From assembly GCF_006345805.1 (NCBI RefSeq), contig NW_021831996.1:1-62713 (forward strand): a stretch of 62,713 nucleotides of DNA. The letters run 5' to 3'. Of the stretch, positions 49,835 through 60,164 are shown piece by piece. The translations under genes were made by a program, and so were the position numbers. The notes under the pieces were generated by a model. That model saw only the letters and a list, made by a program, of their open reading frames with translations. It was not told the origin of the DNA and did no database searches. The first letter of the stretch is position 1. Every line of letters begins with the position of its first letter. The DNA is from Octopus sinensis. Taxonomy: Eukaryota.

Positions 49835-50777
49835 GGTATACATACCGCGTGGTTTCATGTGTCGATTTGATTGCGTAACACTTTGAACAAATCTATTTTA
49901 CTATGGATCAGATTACCCAAAGCCTTGTGAGTGGAATTTCGTAGAAGACAACCGTGAGGAAGCCCACATGTGTGAATGTATACACACACACACATGCATA
50001 CTTACACACACATAGACATACACACGTGTGTATGTATGTGTATATGTTTGTATGTATGTATGTGTGTGTATGTCTGTATTTATGTATGTGTCTGTGTATG
50101 TATATATGTGTGTATGTATGCATGTATGTATGTATGTATATATGAATATGTGTGCGTGTGTATGCGTATGTATGTAAGTCTGTATGTATGTATGTATGTA
50201 TGTATGTATGCGTATGTATGTATGTATGTATGTGCATGAGTGCGTATGTATGCATGTAAATATAAAAACGTAAAGCACAAAATCGGGTTTTCGCGTTTCT
50301 GTTTCCTTTCCCGCAAATTGTAACCTAACGCTTATACACGAGGATGACTAAGAAAAGAAGATATTATAGTATGCGAGGAATAAAGTTAAGGTTTGAAGTG
50401 AAACAAAAATATAAAGGGAGAAGAAGCGAAAAGAGAAACTAGAGAGAAGCTTTTGATCTTTGGCACTCTAAAGATAGATCGTTATTCCTCTTTTGTAGTC
50501 TTTTGGAAAGTAAAAAGGCAAGAGTTAGTCTGTCACTTGTAACAGACAAGCTTCATCTTTTTATCTGGACACTGGCTTTGTTTCAATTAATTTCGAATTT
50601 AATGAATTTAGTAAAATGATTGTCATTATTAAGGTGGTTCTAGGAACATAAAGAAGCATAAAATTTTGATATAAAGTTTTCATTTAGCCCCCTTGAAACC
50701 CCCCTTTTTTTTACCATAATAATATTGAAATACACTGCTTTTGTTTCAGTTAATTTTGAAAATGATGAGTAATTAAC

Positions 50778-51246
50778 GGATCTTTTCGGTTTGACCGGCA
50801 GTTTTTTCTAGCGGTGTCATATGAAATTGTCACCCATAATAATGACCCTAGTATCGATCTATTGCATTTCAATTTGTTTTAGGGTTAGCGTTAGTTAGGG
50901 TTAGTTAGGGTAGTTAGGGTTAGTTAGGGTTAGGGTTAGGGTTAGGGATGGAGGGAAGGGTATCTTTTTTTCTTCAGAAATGTAAATAAACACAATCTGT
51001 TTCTTAAACGAGGGACATATTCATACGGCACAGAATGCTTTCACCTCAATAGACGTCATTGATTGGTTGAAATATCAGAAATTGAAGAAAAAAAAACAAC
51101 AAATATCTTACAAACTATAGAATTTTCTCAATGAAGCCAAGAGAAAAAGATGTTTTATAAAAACATTCTACCAGTATACGAAGTTTAAAGGTGTTTAGTT
51201 ACGTGGTAATTATTTTAAAAAACTGCCGGTCAAACCGAAAAGATCC
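50778..51246. mobile_element. MITE with perfect 30-bp TIRs and internal TTAGGG repeats
   Basis: GGATCTTTTCGGTTTGACCGGCAGTTTTTT at 50778-50807 and its reverse complement at 51217-51246; (TTAGGG/TTAG)n at ~50878-50947. Confidence 0.85.
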
Positions 51247-51510
51247 AAATTTACTATAATAACAGTCATTATTAAGCTGGGATTTGGAAAATAAATTAAC
51301 ATGAAAGATTGATGGAAGCCTTTAATTTATCTCACTTTAAAACAAGAATCATGGATCCAAGTGCGGTCTTCGGTGAATTAGTGTGAGAAGGAAGACTACT
51401 AGATACCTTTCAAATAGTAGACGTCACACAGCTAGATTAATTGATTAATGCACAGAACGTTTTGAGAATGAAAATTCCCAGATGATTTGACGCCTATGAT
51501 TTGGCGACCA

Positions 51511-51887
51511 TACTCTTTTACTCTTTTACTGGCCATGCTGGAGCACCACCTTTAGTCGAGCAAACCGACCCCAGGACTTATTCTTTGTAAGCCTAGTACT
51601 TATTATATCGGTCTCCTTTTGCCGAACCGCTAAGTTACGGGGATGTAAACACACCAGCATCGGTTTTCAAGCGATGTTTGGGGGGGGGGCAAACACAGAC
51701 ACACACATACATATATATACATATACGACGGGCTTCTTCCAGTTTCCGTCTACCTAATCCACTCACAAGGCTTTGGTCGGCCCGAGGCTATAGTACAAGA
51801 TACTTGCCCATAGTGCCACGCAGTGGGACTGAACACGGAACCATGTGGTTGGTAAGCAAGCTACTTACCACACAGCCACTCCTGCAC
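51511..51887 (-). mobile_element. SINE family B
   Basis: Head-to-tail copy. Further partial copies at ~5580-5775, 11935-12090, 19764-19927, 21870-22030, 26755-27100 and 45580-45950. Confidence 0.85.
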
Positions 51888-52299
51888 CATGTAAATGTTT
51901 AGTGCACTGAAACTTACACTAATTAATATAATCATTATTCCTGTCAGAAGCTGATCGAAGGTTAAACATTCGCATGGACCAGATCATCTGATACTGATCC
52001 CTGACTGACAGCTTGTTGAACTGATTGATAAACTGCGCTTTGACACTTTACTGTATTGACCTGGTACTAAGTTAATATCGGAGAAAGTGTTGTATCAATC
52101 CAATCGGTCATCTCAAATCTAGAAACTTGAAAGGACCGAAGGAGATATAACCAAGTTTTACTGATTACAACTCTATTTCACGCATATATATTTATCAATT
52201 AATAGTTAATTGAACATAAACATATCAAATGCAATGAACTTTAAATAATTTAATTCGGAATAGTTAAGCACCGAGGAAAAAAATTTGGGTTTCAAATTT

Positions 52300-52748
52300 T
52301 GGCACAAAGCTAACAATGTCGAGAGGGTGGGGCTAAATCGATTATATCGACCCAGTTTTCGACTCGCAGTTATTTTATCGGTCCCAGTATTCAACTGGTG
52401 CTTATTTTATTGACCCTGAGAGGATAAAAGGCAAAGTCGACCTCAGCAGAATTTGAACTCAGAACGTAAAGACGCGCGAAATGTCGCTAAGCAATTTGTC
52501 CGGCGTGCTAACGTTTCTTATTTCTTTATTGCCCACAAGGGGCTAAACACAGAGAGGATAAACAAGGACAGACAAAAGGATTAAGTCGATTATATCAACC
52601 CCAGTGCGTAACTGGTACTTATTTAATCGACCCCGAAAGGATGAAAGGCAAAGTCGACCTCGGTGGAATTTGAACTCAGGACGTAGCGGCAGACGAAATA
52701 CCGCTAAGCATTTCGCCCGGCGTGCTAACGTTTCTGCCAGCTCGCCGT
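52300..52748 (-). mobile_element. SINE A dimer
   Basis: Tail-1 monomer 52519-52748 joined to a head-truncated tail-2 monomer. Confidence 0.85.
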
Positions 52749-53077
52749 CTTGATCTGAGAAAAAATGTTAGTCAATGAATAATATTTTTTTTAAATCACC
52801 ATATGCACTATGAATAGCAAAACTCAAATTAATGACATGCATATCTATTCTTAACATATTCCGGCGGATTCGAACAAGAGTCTACTGATTGCTGTTGCAT
52901 TTCGTCATTGGAGAACGACTCTTTCAGACAAATGTATGTTCAGAATACGCTCAATTCATTGGAGTGGGAACACGTTGATAACAGGGGGTTGAATTTTGTT
53001 GCGCAATTTGTTCAATCCAAGCTACACCAGACCAATGAATCTTATAAGTTATTGGTTCGATCTGGTATAGCTGTAGC

Positions 53078-53310
53078 AAGGCGGCGAGCTGGCAGAAACG
53101 TTAGCGCGCCGGGCGAAATGCGTAGCAGTATTTCGTCTTCCGCTACGTTCTGAGTTCAAATTCCGCCGAGGTCGACTTTGCCTTTCATCCTTTCGGGGTC
53201 GATAAATTAAGTACCAGCTACGCACTGGAGTCGATGTAATCGACTTAATCCGCTTGTCTGTCCTTGTTTGTCCCCTCTGTGTTTAGCCCCTTGAGGGTAG
53301 TAAAGAAATA
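53078..53310 (+). mobile_element. SINE family A with imperfect 14-bp TSD
   Basis: GGTATAGCTGTAGC (53064-53077) / GGTACAGTTGTAGC (53311-53324). Confidence 0.85.
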
Positions 53311-55129
53311 GGTACAGTTGTAGCTGAGGAGATAGACAAGGAGAGAGGCAAGGAGATGGACAAGGATGAAACACTGGTGTTCCCCCACCAACAACAACAA
53401 CGAATCGAGTGTGAAATGAACACACATTCGTCTGAAAGGAGATGTTACTCAACGAAATACACCAGCGATTAGTATACACACGTTCAAATCTGCTGGAAAG
53501 TATTAAGAATGAATACGTCTGTTTCGTAATGTTGTTTTAATTATTTCGACAAGCATAGGAAACATCACGAGCTTAGGTATAAGCTCCCCAAAGAAGTATA
53601 GACTTCATCATACTTGCAGAAGTTGTGATGAGAAAATTACTTAGTAAATGTACCGTAAATACAGGCCTGTCGCGTGACTTTTAGATGCCTTCTGCTACTT
53701 TTGTTTCGAGGATCCATCCCCTCAGTCAAAATTTATAATCTACGCACCTTTTATTCATAGCTATATTTTACTTTATTCTGTCTGAAGTTCAATATTTCAC
53801 CTTATCCTAAAGGCTCTTTAGTGGTACAATGAAATATTTTTATAAGAACTTTTGCAGGTACAATGTATTACCATTTTATTTCTTGAAATTTTCAGTTAAC
53901 AGAGTTTAATTATTGTTCAACATCTTAACCAAAGTAATAGATGACTCATCTACGTATTTTGATTTTAACATGGGGCACTGCAACCGCGGAGGTCACCTGC
54001 AACCGTACGGGTTACAGGGGCTTAGCGATGGCCCTGCGTAAATAACACTGGCTGATGGTGAAAATTATATTTTATAGAATGAATTAATCGGAGAAATTAA
54101 CCAATAAATTTCTTCGGAATAGAATAAAATTACGTTACGTTAAATTATTATTAGTTGCATTGTACCATGTCCATCGGCCAAGAGAATTGATTCTCAACTG
54201 ACATAGTCCACCTAGCTGAGAGTGAAGGGAAAACTTACCGCTGGGTTGTAGAAATAGTAAAAGATATAGTGGTACTTGAAAATTGACTCTGCCTCCAGTG
54301 ATTAGTGAAGATGAGTTCGATTACATGTGGGAGTCCGAAAAAGTTTGCTATTCATTCAACAGCTGATAAGAATACAGCCAAATGTCTTCGCCTCCGTCTA
54401 CCCATCTACTTGTCGGTTGAGAACTAATATTTCTTCTGATAAGTTCTGCGTATACAGGCATCGATCACCGAGTGTATATACCACTCAGCTAACTTTGATA
54501 TTTAAATGTGTGTGTCGATGGATGGATGGATGGATGGATGGATGGATGGATGGATGGATGGATGGATGGATGGATGGATGGATGGATGGATGGATGGATG
54601 GATGGATGGATGGATGGATGGATGGATTATTTATTTATTTATTTAAAGGTCACAATACTTGTATTAAAGCGCTACTAATAGTTTCATATGTTGAGAAAAC
54701 TCAATCATATTCTTAAGAAATTGAATGATAGAAGAAACGCGAAAAACTGAGAAGGCAGCATATAGAAAACGCATACAGTGAACAACGGAAAACGGAAAAT
54801 GTAAAAAGTAAAAAAGTAAAAGACCTTAAATGATAAGGCTAGAATGGTATCAGTTCAGTCAGGAATAGGCGGAATTTTCCAATTCTTCAAAATATATTTA
54901 TACATATGCATGCAACCACTGAAAATGTCTTTTTCGGCGATCACATCTGCTTCACCTCCCAAGCTAACCAATCATATCTATCGACTTTTCTTTCTTTCTT
55001 ATCGCATACATTGTTGTCAGCTGAGCATGCTATATCTATGATCCAGCACCGTTTGCTTTCTTTCTCAACACTATGTCTGGTTTCCTATTCTTTATCTCAT
55101 GGTCGCACTGATTCATAAAATCTCATAGG

Positions 55130-56720
55130 ACCTTTGCATTATAATTTTCGATGATGCCTTCGAGTTTATGTTCGTACTACTTTTTTTCTCAGTCAAGTCC
55201 ACACTTTTTGCAAAGTGTCCAATGGACAATCCTTACTATGTTGTCATGACGTCTCTTATATTCTTTCTGGGCGAGTGGTGTACATTGACTGGTAATATGC
55301 CATACGTCTTCATCATTTTGCACTTATCTCTTTTTGATGTGTTGTTTATTCTGTATTTGATGTAATTGTTTCTGAATGCTTGCTCTTGGGCAGCACAGAT
55401 TAGAGCCTCTGTTTCTGATTTTAAATCACTTTTAGTCATCCATAGCCGTCTTTTTTCTCTGTCTGTCTTATCTTCAACATCCCTATGAAATTGTCCATGC
55501 ATTCCTTTCTTTATCCAACTATTTTCAGTTTCATTCATTCTCAAGTGCTTGTACAGTACTTTATCTTTACAATCTTCCATCCTACATAAGTCTGACCTTA
55601 CTTCCAATAATAGCGGTTTTGTGGCATTTTTACATACCATGCTATGTTGTTTTCTTCTGCTCTAGTCTCCACCTTAAATTTTTCTGTCATTTCTTTCTCT
55701 ATCAGTTTTTTGTTGGCGACTCTTGAATACATACACAGACTTTGCTTTCCTCAGAATCAGTGTTAGTGGTATCATGCACAGTCCAAAGGTCCGTGGGGAC
55801 AGGCAGTCCCCTTGGAAGATGCCTCTCCTGATTTCTATTTTCCCTAAAATTCTTCCATAAGTTGTCAGTTCCGTCCTCCACTTCGCCATACTTTTTCCAA
55901 GCAATCACTCAACATTCTATGCAATACCAAATAGGTTCATACATTCCATAATCCAAGAATGTGAGATCATATCGTATGCCTTACGATAATCGATTCATGA
56001 CATGGCTAAGTTAGTTTTCTCCCTCTTGCAGTCTCTAAGTACAGTTTTGTCTACCAGGAGTTGACTCTTGGTACCTCTGCCCTTACGCTTGAACTCCTGC
56101 TCAAGTGGAAGGATTCCATGTTTTTCCAGATGTCCGTACATTGGCTTTGCGACTATTCCAGTCAATAATTTTTACATAAGTAGCAAACAGGATATCGGCC
56201 TGTAATTGTCTTCCGTATCGCCTTTTCCGATGTTTTTCGAGCACAGCACTGTCCCACCCATTGTCAACTATTCTGATGTTAATTGGTCGGCATTTAACAA
56301 AAGTTGCGTTGTGCAGTTATTCGTGCATGACATTCACCAAATCTTTTGATCCAGTAGTCTTGAAATCCATCTGGTCCCGGGGCCTTCCATTTGTCCATTT
56401 TTTGCTGATTTCCTTCACTTCCCTAACTGAAATGACTAGCTCTGGCCTGTTGTGGGCAAACTACTGTTTGTTTCAGTTCTTGCAGCCATTCAGCATCCTT
56501 CTTTCGCTCTTTGTCTTTGCTCCAGATGTCACTCCAAAATCTTTCACTTTTAATGTTATCTGGTATCAATTTTTCATCTGTACACCCTGCATTTATTTCT
56601 TTGTAGAATCTCTTCTTATCTACCCTGAATAACCTATTCTGCTGGTATCCCTTCATTCTTTGGTCGTATCTTACCATCTTTCACTTGGCTCAATCTCCAC
56701 CGATCAACCTTTTTATGGTT
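55130..56720 (-). mobile_element. Decayed R4/Dong-like non-LTR element
   Basis: [61 protein letters not shown]; the catalytic DD motif region is deleted. Confidence 0.75.
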
Positions 56721-57487
56721 GCAAATAATGTTTCTATCGTTCTCCTGTAGACTTGCCTTTATTCTATCGTGTGTGCTGGATAACGACAGGCTGGAGCCGG
56801 ACCAGTATCTTTGAGCCTGCCGGGTGCAACACTGTCACCATCGAGTTCTTCAGTTTCATTACCACCGTTATTCACTATATTTTGTTTTTTCATTGTCACT
56901 CATATTAGGTAGCGATTATCGGGTTGCGCAATTACCAGTGATTTTATTGTAACACCATCACTCGATGTATCATCGATCTGGACATGAGGAGATTCCAACC
57001 GCTACCTTTCATCATTATTATTGCCATCACTGGTATTATTATTTTCATGTTTTTACTATTTGTCATTGTTAATATTTCCTCTGATCCGACATGAGTTTTG
57101 GCTAATTGTCATTAACACTTTCGTGCTAGTACTAGTTTCCGGGTCTTATCTGTTAGCGTAGACATTATTATTATTATTATCATTAGTAGTAGTAGTAGTA
57201 GTAGTAGTAGTAGCTTTATCACTATTACTAGCGATAGTAGTAGTGGTGGTATCGGTTGTAGTGGAGTAATTAATATTAGTATTAGTGGTGGTGCTATTAT
57301 TATCAGTCGCCTCAGTTACACTCGTACCTTCATAGGAGGCGGGGGATGTTTCATACCCAGTGCATGGACATGCTAACCACTTAGGTCATCCCAGAAACAG
57401 CTGTAAGACTTCAAATTAACGTTACCCTAATTAAATTATTCTAAATGACTTGAGATACTCGTTCTGCCATCGTTTTGATTTTCCTCT

Positions 57488-57519
<32 letters not shown>

Positions 57520-57624
57520 GATAGAAATAAGAGCTAAAATGCTCTAATGCTGTAGTCAAAGCACCTAATTATATACAAATATACAAACATGGACTATAAT
57601 CGTCTGAAAACGCCGTTCGAGGAT

Positions 57625-57675
57625 TCCTTATACTACATCCAGTTTCGGCAATTTCTGTTGCCTCATCGGTAAGAA
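57625..57675 (-). ncRNA. Type I hammerhead (H11 left, C4 variant)
   Basis: TTCTTA CCGATGA GGCAA-CAGAAA-TTGCC GAAAC TGGATGTA GTA TAAGGA. Confidence 0.7.
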
Positions 57676-57860
57676 TTCGCTCTACTTTAGTCGCACTCAG
57701 TGACAATTATAGTTTTCCTTTTCGGTAAAACATTGCAAACTGCTGTCTATTTTAATTTTAAGTATACACGTTAGCGATTCCTTAAATCATCCAAATATTA
57801 CAATGATGAAAACATATACTGACGGAGAATTAAGTCCGAAATCTGCCGAAATAGGGTGAG

Positions 57861-57911
57861 TCCTTACTGATGAGGCAACCGGATTTGCCGAAACTGAATT
57901 AAGTATGAGGA
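57861..57911 (+). ncRNA. Type I hammerhead ribozyme (H11 right, canonical core)
   Basis: TCCTTA CTGATGA GGCAA-CCGGAT-TTGCC GAAAC TGAATTAA GTA TGAGGA. Confidence 0.85.
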
Positions 57912-58224
57912 ATTCTCGGGCGATTATAGTCTCTGTCAGTATATATGTATACAATTATGTGCTTTGACTACATTAGACCATTTTAGATCTTATTTCTAGC
58001 AATGTATGTGTTTCTAATATCCTAGTCACATTTAGTGACAATTATAGCTTTCATTTTGGGTAAAAAAAATTGCAAACTATTGTCTATTTTGATTATATCT
58101 GTGTGTGTGTGTGTGTGTGTGTATCTATACACTTGTTGGCGATTTCTTTTCCTTCTTTGATTTATATATGTGCGTGTGCATGTGTGTATGTGCGTGTGTG
58201 TGTATTTGTGTGTGTGTGTGTGTG

Positions 58225-58261
<37 letters not shown>

Positions 58262-58504
58262 TACAGATATGGCGCTGGCGTTGAGGTGTTTGCATCGCAG
58301 TCATATGGTTCCGATATACCGACTTATATAAACGAGTGATACGAGAGCTGTGACATCTTGCTTGTATTAATTTCAGCTCACGTTAATAACTGCAAATTCA
58401 GAGACAGATAGAGAAGGAAGGAAGGAAGGAAGGAAGAAAGAAAGAAAGAAGAGAGAGAGGCAAACAGACAGACGGACAGACATCTGACTGTTGAAGAAAG
58501 ACTT

Positions 58505-59320
58505 CAAAAGTAACTAGTGGCGGCTTCTCTTGAAAATGGACGAAACTTGGCGTTTTGCTATTATCAAATACCTGCAGAATAGGGTAGAGTCCCTATTCTG
58601 CCATGGTTACTACATTAGAAGATGATACTCCAGCTTTATCAACAAGGCAAAAGTGAGCAGCTGAATTTAGGATGGGAAGGGATAGTCTTAAAATTGAACC
58701 AAGATCTGGAGGTCCTGCAACTTTTACAATTGAAGAAAAAGTTGATCGTGTTCACCACATGGTGATGGATGTTAGGCGATTGAGTATAAATCAAATATCC
58801 AATGCGATTTGCATATCCCGTGAGGAAGTTGAGAACATTTTGCTCAGTGGACTTGGCAAGACGAAGGTTTCTGCGCAGTGGGTATCACATCTGACACCTT
58901 ATCAAAAGCTCACTAGGCCTATTACATCACGAGAAAATCTGACAGCTGGTTTCCTTGAGCGTTTACTAACCCCAAATGAGTGATGGCTTCATAACTTTGA
59001 GCCAGAGACAAAAAGACAATCCATACAGTGAAAACAGCCCTCCTCACCTGCTCCAAAGATTGCCAAGGTCGTTCCATCTGCAGGAAAGGTGATGGCCTCT
59101 TTTTTGGTGGGATGTAAAAAGCATGGTGTTTATTGATTATCTTCAAAAGGACCACACCATCAATGGAGAGTACTATGTCAAATTGCTCAGGCAGTTACGA
59201 AATGCTATTAAGAACAAACACCCTGGGAAATTGACGAAAGGGATCTTGTCTCATCAGGACAATGCTCTAGCATGCAAGTCCTTGCTTTCAATGGTTGTTG
59301 TGCGTGATTGTCGCTTTTGA
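58505..59320 (+). mobile_element. Decayed mariner transposase
   Basis: MDETWRFAIIKYL (ATG 58536), PRSG.P, KVSAQWV, KVMAS, IDYLQKDHTINGEYY, HQDNA. Confidence 0.9.
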
Positions 59321-59372
59321 GGCGACTTGATATATATATATATAATATAATATATACTAATATATATATATA

Positions 59373-59545
59373 TTGGTAAAAACGGTAAGATAACAAAGAA
59401 AAGAGACCTCATATCATGAAATAGATGAAATTTATCTGTAAATGTAATATGTGACAATATTCAATAGCCAAGATAAAACTCTGAGTTTCGGATGCCGAGG
59501 TGGAAATTCACACCACCAACTCTTCGAGTTTATCTTGGCTGCCCG
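59373..59545 (-). mobile_element. Diverged H1-family pLTR fragment with HHR-like motif (59467-59539)
   Basis: 10-bp stem I GCCAAGATAA/TTATCTTGGC, ACTCGAAGA, CATCC GAAAC TCAGA GTT. The tail is shared with 41950-42017. Confidence 0.7.
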
Positions 59546-59960
59546 AATAATTGTCACATATTATTTACAGATATATATATATGTGTATGTGTATGTATGT
59601 ATATATATGGTGTATGTATGGTGTATGTGTGGGGGTATATATATGTGTGTATGTGTATATATGTGTATATAGGGACTAGTGTGCTGTGTGTGCATGTGTG
59701 TGTATGGATTTGTGTGTGTATGGTGTATGTGAGTGTGTGTGTATGTGTATATATATATATATATATATATTTTTCTGTGTGTATATGTATGTTGGTCGTG
59801 TGTGTATATATACATGTGTGTATACGTTTATGCAAGTGAGTGGTGTGTATGTATACATATATATGTGTATGTGTAGATATGTATATGTATGTGTGAGTGT
59901 ATATATGTGTGTATGTGTAGAGGTAAGTGAGAATCCTTATTACCTAAAACTCTATTCCCC

Positions 59961-60016
<56 letters not shown>

Positions 60017-60164
60017 TTTATTATTTATATATTATATTTATTTTTTATTTTTATTTTTATTTTTTATATTTTTTTTATATATTTTTTTATTTTTATTTTT
60101 ATTTTTTATTTTATTTTTATTTTAATTTTTATTTTTATTTTTATTTTTTATTTATTCTCCTATC

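Larger units (their letters stand above)
57522..57998. mobile_element. Older fold-back element with two divergent HHRs
   Basis: Imperfect inverted arms (TAGAAATAAGA..GACTATAATCG / CGATTATAGTC..TCTTATTTCTA). Segment ~57689-57765 is directly repeated at ~58023-58098. Begins beside (TA)n. Confidence 0.8.

Noticed and set aside
50878-50947. Chromosome end or fusion site
   Set aside because: The tract is short, degenerate, single-orientation and enclosed by MITE TIRs.
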